From contig CAZBMS010000002.1 in assembly GCA_964493125.1 (NCBI GenBank), forward strand, positions 153-64,152: a stretch of 64,000 nt of DNA, in the 5' to 3' direction. Below the pieces are notes generated by a model that did not search any database, was not told the origin of the DNA, and saw only the letters and a list, made by a program, of their open reading frames with translations. This document shows, one piece after another, positions 49,162 through 59,198 of the stretch. The DNA comes from an uncultured Dehalococcoidia bacterium (GTDB lineage Bacteria > Chloroflexota > Dehalococcoidia > Lucifugimonadales > QGNO01). Made by a program: the position numbers and the translations under genes. Within the stretch, counting starts at the first letter, position 1. Every line of letters starts with the position of its first letter.

Positions 49162-49989
49162 CTACGATATTTTCCTATATTTCGTAACTAAAGCTTCATT
49201 GCCAGCAGCGTACATATTGCCATAGATATCAACCCATAGTCCGTGCACATTGGCAGCGGTACGTATGCGAGTAATCATCTGGCCGTCTAAATTGAGCATG
49301 GTCATTCCGGGAACTTGGTCAGTAACATAAACAGTTTCCTCTAAATCAATATATATATCCATCGGGTGAAAAAAACCCAGCCATTCGGATACATAACCAC
49401 CGTTTGTATCAAAAATCTGAACCCTATGATTCTCCCGATCGCACACGTATACGCGATCTTTATGAACCCATATCCCATGAGGAACGGAGAATTGACCAGG
49501 TCCGACACCCCAAGATCCCCAAGATTTAACGTACCTCCCATCAGACTTGAACCGATGTACGCTAGAATTAGCGTACCCATCCGCAATATAGATTTCGCCA
49601 TCGCCAGTCACGGCAATATCAGCAGGATGGTTAAACGGTTCTTCCAAAGCGGGGATATCTCTATTCCCCAACCTCAAGGAAACGTTTCCTTTTGTATCAT
49701 ACTTAAGTATTTCATGGGCATCTCTGTCAGATAGAAATACTTCATCACTTTCGGTGATAAATATTCCATGACCATCCATTAATTCTCCATCACCCCAAGA
49801 ATCAATTAGGTTTCCTTCTCCATCAAACACTAGAATGGGCGGATCCTTTCTTTGATAAACGTAAACTTTGCCTTCTGAGTCCGTTGCAACATGCGAAGTG
49901 TTACCAAATGTCATTCCGGACGGCAAATTCCCAAACGGATGAATTACCTCATAAACGTGCCTACCCGTTCCTGCAATAAATCTGACCAT
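49162..49989 (-). CDS. NHL-repeat six-bladed beta-propeller protein (peptidyl-alpha-hydroxyglycine lyase-like), no signal peptide
   Basis: Repeated NHL-like units (HPADIAVTGDGEIYIAD, PHGIWVHKDRVYVCDRENHRVQIFD, MDIYIDLEETVYVTD). The N-terminus is not hydrophobic. Confidence 0.72.
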   Translation of the reverse strand: MVRFIAGTGRHVYEVIHPFGNLPSGMTFGNTSHVATDSEGKVYVYQRKDPPILVFDGEGNLIDSWGDGELMDGHGIFITESDEVFLSDRDAHEILKYDTKGNVSLRLGNRDIPALEEPFNHPADIAVTGDGEIYIADGYANSSVHRFKSDGRYVKSWGSWGVGPGQFSVPHGIWVHKDRVYVCDRENHRVQIFDTNGGYVSEWLGFFHPMDIYIDLEETVYVTDQVPGMTMLNLDGQMITRIRTAANVHGLWVDIYGNMYAAGNEALVTKYRKIS

Positions 49990-50031
49990 ATAAACTCTCC
50001 ATCACTCCTTATTGACAACATATTCTTAGTT

Positions 50032-52053
50032 TCAAGCAACCTTTTCTTTGCTATTTTCTTCAACAATTCGCTGAGTTATATGAGCTGGAACTTCTTCATA
50101 ATGGTCGAACGTCATCGTGAAGTAGCCCCTTGCCTGGGTCATAGAACGCAAATCCGTAGCGTACCTCTGGACTTCAGATTGCGGAACTTCGGCTTGTATC
50201 ACCGTCGCTCCATCAGATGGATTCATGCCTAGAATACGCGCTCTTTTTGTGTTTAGATCGCCTATGATATCTCCAGTATAAGAATCAGGAACAGTAATAT
50301 CCAACTTCATAACGGGCTCAAGTAGAACTGGTGATGCCTGCTCAACCCCTTTCCTCAAAGCATACGAGCCTGCAATCTCAAAACTCATCCCAGATGAGTC
50401 GACTGGATGAGAACTGCCGTCATATAGCACAACCTTAACGTCTACTATTGGCGAGCCATTCAACGGGCCTGCTTCCAGTGATTTTGTAGCACCTTTTTCC
50501 ACTGCTGGAATGTATTCCTTGGGCACATTCCCACCTACGACTGTATCAGCGAACTCAAATCCAGAACCTCTTGGAAGGGGCTGCACTTCTATCATAACGT
50601 GGGCAAATTGACCATGCCCGCCAGATTGCTTTTTGTGTCTATATTCAGTTTTGGCAACGGACGAAACAGTTTCTTTGTATGGTACTTTTGGAACTTCACT
50701 AACAAGCTCGACTCCGAACTTGCGTTTAACTTTTTCCAAGGCAACATCTATGTGAGTTTCCCCTATTCCAGACAGTAGTGTCTCACCAGTATCCTGAGAG
50801 CGAGTTAAATTAAGCGTAGGATCTTCTTCTATAAGCCGACTCAAAGAGCTTGCCATTTTATCAACATCTGCTTTGCTTTTAGGGCTTATAGCTGCTGTAA
50901 CAGAAGGTTGTGGGAATTCCCTAGCCTCCAGCTTTATAGGATTATCCTTGTTTGACAGAGTATCTAGGGTTACGGTCGCATTTAACTTGGATACCGCACC
51001 TATGTCACCTGCAGTCAGGCTTTGAGTTGTCTGTTGATTCTTGCCCAAAGGCACAAATATCTGACCTATACGCTCGTCCGTAGATCTATTTGCATTCCAA
51101 ACCTGAGAGTCGCTATTAATAGTCCCGCTAATAACCTTAAAGTACGAAAGCTTCCCCACAAATGGATCTGCGGTGGTCTTAAAAATACGTGCCGCAAATG
51201 GACCAGCAGGGTCTGGATCTAGCTCGCTACCATCTTCCACTATAGCAGGCGGACCCTCCGACGGAGACGGCAACAAATCAATCACTGCAGTCATCAGCTC
51301 ATTTATCCCTATACCAGCCGTAGATGAACCAGAAATTACAGGGACAATGTCCCCTTTTAGAACAGCACTTCTCAGTGCTTTAGATATCTCATCATCCGAA
51401 AGAGTACCTTCTTCCAGATACTTTATCGTCAAATTTTCATCGGTCTCAGCCACAGTCTCTATCAACTGCTCTCTGAGTTTATCTATTTCGGAGCCTAAAG
51501 TTGCCGTTGCGTCCACATCCAACAAGTTAACCACACCACTAAAATCTTGCTCGGAACCTACAGGCACCTGAATTGCAACGCATTTCCTGCCTAGAACCGC
51601 TCGTATGCTCTCCATGCAACGAAAGAAGTCTGCATTTTCTCTATCCATCTTGTTAACAAATATCATCCTCGGAAGAGCCCTAGTTTCACACATTTTCCAT
51701 GCAAGTTCTGTTCCCACTTCTACAGATGCTTGCGCGGCAACGAGCAAAAGAACAGCATCTCCGGCACTAAGGGCAGAAATAGCTTCACCCACAAAATCAG
51801 GGTAACCAGGCGCATCGATGAAATTTAGCTTCTTGCCTGATAAGTTAACTGGTGCAACACTAGCCTGAATACTGCTTTTCCTCTTGATTTCTTCCGGTTC
51901 ATAATCTGATGTGGTATTTCCATCCTCCACATTTCCCAGTCTCGGTATTGATCCAGTAGCCATCAACATTGCTTCAATCAGCGATGTCTTTCCAGTACCA
52001 GAATGGGAAAAAAGCGCAACATTGCGAATGTCACTAACGTCTATAGCAGGCAT
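50032..52053 (-). CDS. Elongation factor G paralog (EF-G-like translational GTPase)
   Basis: Five-domain EF-G length (673 aa). G motifs are SHSGTGKTS (G1, divergent from the canonical AHIDAGKTT), DAPGYPDF (G3) and NKMD (G4). Confidence 0.85.
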   Translation of the reverse strand: MPAIDVSDIRNVALFSHSGTGKTSLIEAMLMATGSIPRLGNVEDGNTTSDYEPEEIKRKSSIQASVAPVNLSGKKLNFIDAPGYPDFVGEAISALSAGDAVLLLVAAQASVEVGTELAWKMCETRALPRMIFVNKMDRENADFFRCMESIRAVLGRKCVAIQVPVGSEQDFSGVVNLLDVDATATLGSEIDKLREQLIETVAETDENLTIKYLEEGTLSDDEISKALRSAVLKGDIVPVISGSSTAGIGINELMTAVIDLLPSPSEGPPAIVEDGSELDPDPAGPFAARIFKTTADPFVGKLSYFKVISGTINSDSQVWNANRSTDERIGQIFVPLGKNQQTTQSLTAGDIGAVSKLNATVTLDTLSNKDNPIKLEAREFPQPSVTAAISPKSKADVDKMASSLSRLIEEDPTLNLTRSQDTGETLLSGIGETHIDVALEKVKRKFGVELVSEVPKVPYKETVSSVAKTEYRHKKQSGGHGQFAHVMIEVQPLPRGSGFEFADTVVGGNVPKEYIPAVEKGATKSLEAGPLNGSPIVDVKVVLYDGSSHPVDSSGMSFEIAGSYALRKGVEQASPVLLEPVMKLDITVPDSYTGDIIGDLNTKRARILGMNPSDGATVIQAEVPQSEVQRYATDLRSMTQARGYFTMTFDHYEEVPAHITQRIVEENSKEKVA

Positions 52054-52064
52054 GCATTTACCCC

Positions 52065-52138
52065 CCTTGGCAAGGCCTCCCTAGATGGCCCCATTGTAGC
52101 CAAGGAACGTTGGCTTAGCAATCGTTTTACGCCAAGCC
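52065..52138 (-). promoter_or_regulatory. Structured 5' leader (two hairpins) upstream of the EF-G paralog
   Basis: Hairpin A pairs 52112-52119 with 52131-52138 (8 bp). Hairpin B pairs 52065-52071 with 52099-52105, plus an inner 6-bp helix. Three pairs are G-U only on the minus strand. The 3' arm of hairpin B abuts the AAGGGGGG SD. Confidence 0.4.
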
Positions 52139-52282
52139 CGATTTGAATCCATTATTTGACCAAATTAACGTATATCGAACATTACTTTACTTAATCAGGT
52201 TGTCGTACATTAGTAGATCAATAATAATAATTGACATATGAAATTGTACTTTTGACCTACCATTCACTAATCTGATCTATAG

Positions 52283-53491
52283 ATGAAAAGCTTATACTCA
52301 ATAATAACCCTGTTTATCATTTTTGTTGCCGTGCTACCTCAAGACACCCTACAAGCGACGCCGTTACGAGAAATTTCTGTACGATACCAATTTAATCTAG
52401 CTACATGGGAGACTTCACGTCTTCCCATAAAATGGGTTTATAAAATCGGCTGGCACCTCTTTCCAATTAACCTTAAATACAGCGATCGAGTATCGATTAT
52501 CGAAGATTTTTTGCTCCACAAAAAGAAAGTGGCTAAGCTTAACAATCTAATGAATGAGGCCGCCATAGGGAAAGATTCAAACTTAGAGCTTATTGAGGAA
52601 CAATTTATAAAAGCTACTAAAGACGCCAGATCGATACAGATGAACGCGGAGGAGGCTTTCGAATCGGCTATATCAGATACTATCAGATCCGAAAAAATAC
52701 CTAGTGTAATGGTGGGGCCATTTTTCTTTCCGCCTGTAGATTTCGTATTTGAACCACTGCCTACAATATTAGTCACTTCACGCAGAGACAAAATAGAACG
52801 TTTGGAGTCAATATTTCTTGAAGCTGATCTGCCGCCTTCCAAACGTGAGATTTTAGAAACCAGAATTCTCAATGAACAGGGAGTATCCGCAATCGTAAAT
52901 AACATCGGAGGACTTTCAACTTTCCCCAACATGTTAACCACCCATGATCTGCGTACCACTATAGAAATCGCCGGACACGAGTGGCTTCACAGTCATCTAT
53001 TTTTTCAGCCGCTCGGTCGTAATATCCACAAAGATTCAAACATGAACATTATAAACGAAACAACCGCTAATATATTCGGCAAGGAATTAAGTGACCTTGT
53101 TTACGCTCAATTGACCGGAGAAACTGCCCCAAAATATATTGTGGGCCAAACGGAGCCTTATGCGTGCCCAGAGGGTCTTTTTTGTTTTAATGAAGAGATG
53201 AGAAAAACCAGGCTCAAGGCAGACGCACTTTTGGAAGAAGGTGAAATAGAGAAAGCAGAGAATTATTTAGAAAAACAACGTCAAATATTCGTTAACAATG
53301 GGTACTCGATTAGAAAACTCAACCAAGCATTTTTTGCATTCCATGGTACCTACTCGGATAGCCCAACATCCATTAGCCCAATAAATGACCAATTACTTCA
53401 TATCAGAAAAGGCTCTTCATCTCTAGGCGATTTCATTCGTAAGATTGAAGTAATATCCGATCATAAGCAGCTACTAGAACTTCTGGAATAG
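52283..53491 (+). CDS. Hypothetical exported protein with HExxH motif (putative zinc metallopeptidase)
   Basis: N-terminal signal-like helix and a single HEWLH motif (IAGHEWLHSHLF). 402 aa. I recognise no family. Confidence 0.5.
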   Translation: MKSLYSIITLFIIFVAVLPQDTLQATPLREISVRYQFNLATWETSRLPIKWVYKIGWHLFPINLKYSDRVSIIEDFLLHKKKVAKLNNLMNEAAIGKDSNLELIEEQFIKATKDARSIQMNAEEAFESAISDTIRSEKIPSVMVGPFFFPPVDFVFEPLPTILVTSRRDKIERLESIFLEADLPPSKREILETRILNEQGVSAIVNNIGGLSTFPNMLTTHDLRTTIEIAGHEWLHSHLFFQPLGRNIHKDSNMNIINETTANIFGKELSDLVYAQLTGETAPKYIVGQTEPYACPEGLFCFNEEMRKTRLKADALLEEGEIEKAENYLEKQRQIFVNNGYSIRKLNQAFFAFHGTYSDSPTSISPINDQLLHIRKGSSSLGDFIRKIEVISDHKQLLELLE

Positions 53492-53631
53492 AAAGGGATT
53501 GCCTAGCCCTGATCACTTGAGTTCAAGATATCTTCTTTGTGTTTCCAAGAACAAATTTAGCTTTATACACAATTAGTTTATTTCTTTCATGAGTTATTAT
53601 CGTTGTGCTATCATCTGCCAATGATGACGGT

Positions 53632-54165
53632 ATGACAGGACAACAGATAGATGTTCAAATACGTCCCGAGTTCCAAAAATCATTGTCCGACACTTGGGTA
53701 GGCAAAGTGGCCAAGCTGGCTTTGATAAAAGGATTGGCGTCATCTGGAATTCCAAATGACGGACATAGATTAAGCTTACTAGTAACCGGAGATGACGTAG
53801 TTCGTGATTTAAACCGAACTTACAGGGGGTTAGATAAAACCACCGATGTCCTTGCATTCTCCTCCGAGCATCCAGGTGTGTATATGGGTAAGGATCAGCC
53901 TTATAAATCCAATTTCGAGAGTCCATTCATAACTCCAGAGGAGTATGGACATTTTGTCGGTGAAGTAATAATTTCATACCCTCAGTGTGCAAGACAAGCA
54001 ACTTCAGAAGGTAAAACTGCGAAAGATGAAATGGCACTACTTATAGCTCATGGAGTTTTACATCTAATCGGATTCGACCATTTAGAGCCGAAAGAGGAAC
54101 TGGTGATGAAGGGCGTGGAAACAGAAATCCTTTCCGGAATTGAAAGATCGGAGATACAGCTTTGA
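53632..54165 (+). CDS. ybeY: rRNA maturation endoribonuclease YbeY
   Basis: HGVLHLIGFDH zinc motif. The track GTG at 53605 lies inside a TGcTATCAT extended -10-like element, so I prefer the in-frame ATG at 53632. Confidence 0.85.
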   Translation: MTGQQIDVQIRPEFQKSLSDTWVGKVAKLALIKGLASSGIPNDGHRLSLLVTGDDVVRDLNRTYRGLDKTTDVLAFSSEHPGVYMGKDQPYKSNFESPFITPEEYGHFVGEVIISYPQCARQATSEGKTAKDEMALLIAHGVLHLIGFDHLEPKEELVMKGVETEILSGIERSEIQL

Positions 54166-55811
54166 CATCTTCAAGCGTTTTCTACAGGAAATGGAGGCCA
54201 CAAACATTCGACGATTTAGTCGGACAGGAGCCAATATCCAGAGCTATAAGACAAGCGATAATAACCGGTAACGTTTCTCACGCGTACCTATTTTGCGGAC
54301 CACGAGGAACAGGCAAAACAAGTACAGCTAGAATATTTACGAAGGCCGTTAATTGTCTTGATGCAACCGAAGGCAATCCTTGCAACAACTGCACGTTATG
54401 TATTTCGGTAAATGAAGGTACAGCTATAGACCTTTTGGAACTAGATACGGCCAGCAATCGTGGAATCGATGAGATCAAAAGCATCAGAGACAAAGCAAAC
54501 TACGCTGCATTGGAGGCCAAATACAAAGTCTATGTCCTAGACGAGGCCCATATGTTAACTAGGGAAGCATCTAATGCACTCCTTAAAACACTAGAGGAAC
54601 CGCCGGCACACGTAATTTTCATACTAGCCACTACTGAACCACATAGATTAACTAATACCATAATTTCAAGATGTCAACGATTTGACTTCAGACGAATTTC
54701 TACCAACGCAATGACTGAAAGGCTAATAAAAATCGCGGATTCGGAGAACGTAAATGTAGATGGCTCGGTTTTAGATGCAATTACAAAACAATCCACTGGT
54801 AGCCTTAGAGATGCAGAAACCTTACTTGAACAAGCCATAACCTCGTTTGGAAGTCCGCTTACTATACAAGATGTAAATATACTGCTCGGATTGGCTTCGG
54901 ATGAACGTGTTCGCGACTTGATCAGATACATTTTAATAGGCGATATAACAAACTCCTTCAAAATTTTGAACCAATTAGCAACCGAGGGCACAGACCTTGT
55001 ACAGCTTCAAAGGCAAATGGTAGACGAATTGCGAAACATGCTATTGATAAAATTCGGAGGGGCAGAACTAGTAGCTCAACCTTCTGAAATAATCAAAGAA
55101 CAATCCCTCATAATTATGAATGTTGAACAGGCAACCATTCTGACAACGCTACGTGCTATAGGTCAAATAAACTCTCGTAGGGATATACCTTCTACCCTTC
55201 CAATTGAACTAGCAATCTTAAATTCGATTCAAGACTCTTCAGAGAACCTTACTATTGATCCCGCTAGAAGAAACTCTGAACCATCCAAGGTAGTGACACC
55301 ATTTAGATCAAAATCTGAACCCGAATCGGAGAACGGGGCTTCGGTAGTCAAAGCAGACGACACACCAAATACCGAAAACCATAATCCAGACTCAGGCACT
55401 ACTGAAAAATTGCAGTCTCCAACAACAATATCGATGATAGCCCAAAGCGAAAATGACGATACATTGCAAAAAGAATGGCCTAGTATCATCAAAGCCCTAA
55501 GCAAAGTTAAAGCAAGGCGATTTAATATGGGCGCTCTATTGAGAGATTGTAAAAAGGCTAATATTGACGGAGACACTCTAAAATTAGGATTTTCCCACAG
55601 GTCTCACATGGAGCGTTTCATTGATGAGATTGATAATCCTGAAAGTAAACTGAACTTAATTTCAACGGTCTCTAATATATCTGGGACAAACCCTGTAAAT
55701 GTTTCTTGTTACCTATTAGACAGGGAAGAACATAAGAAAAACCCTAAAGACAATGCGCTAGTGCAAGCCGCGATAAACTTGGGAGGTAAACTTGTTGAGG
55801 AACAAGAATAA
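54162..55811 (+). CDS. dnaX: DNA polymerase III subunit gamma/tau
   Basis: YRKWRPQTFDDLVGQE, Walker A GPRGTGKTS, a zinc module (CNNCTLC), and the SRC-type motif SRCQRFDF. Confidence 0.92.
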   Translation: MTSSSVFYRKWRPQTFDDLVGQEPISRAIRQAIITGNVSHAYLFCGPRGTGKTSTARIFTKAVNCLDATEGNPCNNCTLCISVNEGTAIDLLELDTASNRGIDEIKSIRDKANYAALEAKYKVYVLDEAHMLTREASNALLKTLEEPPAHVIFILATTEPHRLTNTIISRCQRFDFRRISTNAMTERLIKIADSENVNVDGSVLDAITKQSTGSLRDAETLLEQAITSFGSPLTIQDVNILLGLASDERVRDLIRYILIGDITNSFKILNQLATEGTDLVQLQRQMVDELRNMLLIKFGGAELVAQPSEIIKEQSLIIMNVEQATILTTLRAIGQINSRRDIPSTLPIELAILNSIQDSSENLTIDPARRNSEPSKVVTPFRSKSEPESENGASVVKADDTPNTENHNPDSGTTEKLQSPTTISMIAQSENDDTLQKEWPSIIKALSKVKARRFNMGALLRDCKKANIDGDTLKLGFSHRSHMERFIDEIDNPESKLNLISTVSNISGTNPVNVSCYLLDREEHKKNPKDNALVQAAINLGGKLVEEQE

Positions 55812-55813
55812 CT

Positions 55814-56116
55814 ATGAATAAAAACTTATTAAAACAAGCACAGGAATTGCAAAAACGTATAAATGATGCTCAGGTACAACTTGAGAACGAAACAGTGGAA
55901 GCGACATCTGGAGGCGGAGTTGTGTCTACAGAGGTAAGTGGTAAACAGAAGCTGCTTTCCATAAAAATAGACCCCTCAGTAATAGATTCTCAAGACCCAG
56001 CGATGTTGGAAGACCTAATAATCGCAGCAGTTAATGAAGGATTAGACAAGTCACAGAAATTAATGGCAGAGCGGTTGGGGAAGATCACTGGAGGCATTGG
56101 TATACCTGGACTATAG
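55814..56116 (+). CDS. ybaB: YbaB/EbfC family nucleoid-associated protein
   Basis: 100 aa in the conserved dnaX-ybaB-recR position, with a typical helical N-terminus and GGGVV core. Confidence 0.9.
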   Translation: MNKNLLKQAQELQKRINDAQVQLENETVEATSGGGVVSTEVSGKQKLLSIKIDPSVIDSQDPAMLEDLIIAAVNEGLDKSQKLMAERLGKITGGIGIPGL

Positions 56117-56241
56117 TTGATTTGTACAGCAATTACTTGAATAACCAAACTACAAACCCGCTCTCACTAACTGAAATCTGGAACATAAAATACACTCAGG
56201 GAATATGGCCAACATACTGACATCAAACACTACTACTAATT

Positions 56242-56856
56242 ATGACTAACAGCGACTTTTTGCCAACTGCAGAGCCCGTCGCTCGGCTAATACAGGAGTT
56301 TCACAAGTTGCCAGGAGTAGGATCAAAAACCGCTCAACGGCTAACGTACCACCTTGTCCGCATGCCCAAAGCCGAGTCTGAGAATCTTGCTGAAGCTATC
56401 CTAGCGATGAAGGAACGTACGATCCTATGTTCTCAATGCCAAAACATTTCCGAAAACGATCCGTGCCCAATTTGCCTGGATCCACAGAGAGATATTACTA
56501 GGATATGTGTACTAGAAGAACCTCTCGATGTTTTAGCTATTGAACGAACCCATGCCTATAAAGGTCTTTATCACGTACTTCACGGTGCCATATCGCCAAT
56601 AAATGGGATAGGCCCAGATGAATTACGAATTAGCGAATTGCTTACACAAATCAAGGCTGGGAATGTAACCGAAGTAATAGTTGCAACAAATCCCAACCTT
56701 GAGGGCGAAGCTACGGCAATGTATTTGCACAAACTTATATCTCACTTAGTCGAAAAAGTGACGCGGCTTGCTAGGGGTCTACCAATAGGCGGCGATCTAG
56801 AATACGCGGATCAAATCACCCTCACTCGTGCCTTCGAAGGCAGACAGGAATTCTAG
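56242..56856 (+). CDS. recR: Recombination protein RecR
   Basis: HhH motif KLPGVGSKTAQRL, zinc finger CSQCQN...CPIC, and a Toprim region. Confidence 0.93.
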   Translation: MTNSDFLPTAEPVARLIQEFHKLPGVGSKTAQRLTYHLVRMPKAESENLAEAILAMKERTILCSQCQNISENDPCPICLDPQRDITRICVLEEPLDVLAIERTHAYKGLYHVLHGAISPINGIGPDELRISELLTQIKAGNVTEVIVATNPNLEGEATAMYLHKLISHLVEKVTRLARGLPIGGDLEYADQITLTRAFEGRQEF

Positions 56857-57645
56857 ATGAGTGCGCCAAGGACGTACAATACCGAGGGTTTAGTATTGAG
56901 ATCTTACCCTTTAGGAGAAACAGATAGAATACTCACAATATTTTCAAAAACTTCTGGGAAATTAAGAGTTTCAGCGAGAGGTTTAAGAAAACCTAAGAGT
57001 AAGTTGGCTGGGCACCTTGAACCACTCACATGTGCATATTTAACTATTTCAAGAGGGCGAACTTTAGATATCATTACCGGAGCCGAATCTAAAGAATCAT
57101 TCTCCTCTATCAAGGAAAATTTAAATAAACTTTCGAGTGCAATCTATTTAACTGAGCTTGTAGACACAATAAATCCGCTCGAGGCACCTAACCCATACGG
57201 GTATTCCATTTATCTTGAGGGATTGCAAGCGCTTGAAAAAGAATCGTCAAATACGCAGTTGATTGTACGTTATATGGAACTACACCTGTTAATTCAGGCT
57301 GGTTATTCTCCTGAGTTACATCAGTGTACAGAGTGTCAGGATAATATAATTGAAGGGAATCATTATTTTGACTCGAGTCACGGCGGGGTGATTTGCGAAA
57401 GGTGTATTAACAACCAAACAAATTTCCGTCCCATTTCTGTAGCAGCACTGAAAGTGCTGCGTTTCTTCGCAAAGTCTACTCTAAAGGAGTCTCTTTCTTT
57501 GAAAACAGATGAGCCGTTAGAATTCGAGTTGCGATCTTTGATGGACGCCTACATAAGGTATACACTAGATAGAGAGGTTCTATCCAAATCATTCATCAGA
57601 TCTGTTTCTGAGCTAGGAGAAACAGTTAATATATCAACAACTTAA
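56857..57645 (+). CDS. recO: DNA repair protein RecO
   Basis: N-terminal OB-fold signature (TEGLVLRSYPLGETDRILTIFSK) and a zinc motif CTECQD...CERC. The ATG directly abuts the recR stop. Confidence 0.85.
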   Translation: MSAPRTYNTEGLVLRSYPLGETDRILTIFSKTSGKLRVSARGLRKPKSKLAGHLEPLTCAYLTISRGRTLDIITGAESKESFSSIKENLNKLSSAIYLTELVDTINPLEAPNPYGYSIYLEGLQALEKESSNTQLIVRYMELHLLIQAGYSPELHQCTECQDNIIEGNHYFDSSHGGVICERCINNQTNFRPISVAALKVLRFFAKSTLKESLSLKTDEPLEFELRSLMDAYIRYTLDREVLSKSFIRSVSELGETVNISTT

Positions 57646-57656
57646 GGTGATCTATA

Positions 57657-59198
57657 TTGGCTAGAAAGAAAAAAGGGGCGAACAGCTCAAACCCAGTTTT
57701 CAATAAAATACTCGTGGCTAACAGGGGTGAAATTGCTTGCCGCATCATGAAGACTTGCAAGAAACTCGGAATCAAAACTGTGGCCATATATTCGGACGCT
57801 GACAAACGCTCTGATCACGTAAAGATGGCCGACGAAGCCATACGAGTCGGCAAAGCGCCAGCATCAGAAAGCTATCTAAATATAAAGTCCATTCTAAGAG
57901 CTGCGAAGAGGTCAGGGGCTGAAGCAATACACCCAGGTTATGGTTTCCTCTCTGAAAATCCTGACTTCGCAAACGCTTGCGGGAAATCCGGGGTGGTTTT
58001 TATAGGCCCATCGTCCCAAGTAATGAATTTAATGAAAGACAAAATTCAGGCTCGGCGCCTTGCGGCTGAAGCTGGATTACCTTTGCTCCCAGGATCTGAC
58101 GGAATAGTTACAGACGAAGACGCAGCCTCAACAGCAAGAGAGATTGGTTTTCCAGTAATGCTTAAAGCAACAGCAGGTGGCGGAGGTATAGGTATTCGGC
58201 TAATCCACAACGAAGACGAGCTGCCTGAAAATTTAAAAAGAGCTAGGGCTTTAGCTGAAAGCTCTTTCGGTAATTCGGAGATGTACCTGGAAAAATATCT
58301 TGAGCATCCCTCTCACATAGAAGTACAGGTACTGGCTGACAATTATGGGAATGCCTTACATCTATTCGAGCGAGATTGCTCAGTACAGAGGCGTAATCAG
58401 AAAATCATAGAAGAAACTCCAGCCAGAAAACTTGGCAGACGCCAAAGGAAAAAAATATGTGAGGCTGCCCTGAAGCTCGTCCGACACTTAAACTACACAA
58501 ACGCAGGAACTGTTGAATTTATTGTTGATCAATCAGGAGATTTCCATTTCCTCGAAATGAATACTCGCCTGCAAGTTGAACACCCTGTCACAGAAATGGT
58601 AACTGGTATAGACATAGTAGAGCAACAAATCCATATCGCTGCTAATAAAACATTGACACTAGATCAAGACGACATCAAAAGTAGAGGGCATTCGATAGAA
58701 GCCAGAATCTATCCGGAAGACCCAGTAACTTTTATTCCGTTTACTGGCACAATAAATAAGATAGTACAAGCAGATAAAGATAACGTGAGAATTGACAGCG
58801 GAATGTCTTCAGGTCAAGAAATTTCTTCCTACTACGACCCTTTAATATCAAAAGTTATCGTTTGGGGAAAATCAAGAAAAAGAGCTATAAGCGCACTTAT
58901 AGAAGCCCTGAATGACTATCATATTGAAGGAATTGTTAACAATATTCCAGTAATACGTGACGTACTTGAAGATGACGTGTTCAAGGACAATAAGTACTCG
59001 ACACACATACTGCGTAGGCTATCCGAAGACCCTAATCGCGTACTTAGCCCACAAGAGGAAAGGGAAGCAACCGCCGCTATTGCTGTGGCTTTAGGAACTC
59101 TATTCGGCAACGGACAAACAAGGCGAACAAACGCATGGAAGACCTACGGTCGTTCCATGCAAATGGCACCCAGAGCGGATAGAGGGATTCTATGGTAA
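57657..59198 (+). CDS. Biotin carboxylase subunit of a biotin-dependent carboxylase (AccC-like, 513 aa)
   Basis: KILVANRGEIA, ATP-grasp motifs (GGGGIGIR, EMNTRLQVEHPVTE). TTG start with AAGGTGA six nt upstream. Confidence 0.9.
   Translation: MARKKKGANSSNPVFNKILVANRGEIACRIMKTCKKLGIKTVAIYSDADKRSDHVKMADEAIRVGKAPASESYLNIKSILRAAKRSGAEAIHPGYGFLSENPDFANACGKSGVVFIGPSSQVMNLMKDKIQARRLAAEAGLPLLPGSDGIVTDEDAASTAREIGFPVMLKATAGGGGIGIRLIHNEDELPENLKRARALAESSFGNSEMYLEKYLEHPSHIEVQVLADNYGNALHLFERDCSVQRRNQKIIEETPARKLGRRQRKKICEAALKLVRHLNYTNAGTVEFIVDQSGDFHFLEMNTRLQVEHPVTEMVTGIDIVEQQIHIAANKTLTLDQDDIKSRGHSIEARIYPEDPVTFIPFTGTINKIVQADKDNVRIDSGMSSGQEISSYYDPLISKVIVWGKSRKRAISALIEALNDYHIEGIVNNIPVIRDVLEDDVFKDNKYSTHILRRLSEDPNRVLSPQEEREATAAIAVALGTLFGNGQTRRTNAWKTYGRSMQMAPRADRGILW

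Noticed and set aside
54162-55811. Programmed -1 frameshift or transcriptional slippage site in dnaX (the gamma/tau mechanism known from E. coli and Thermus).
   Set aside because: There is no A-AAA-AAG heptamer or long A-run in frame. The closest is caa-aaa-gaa near 55465, which does not fit the slippery pattern.
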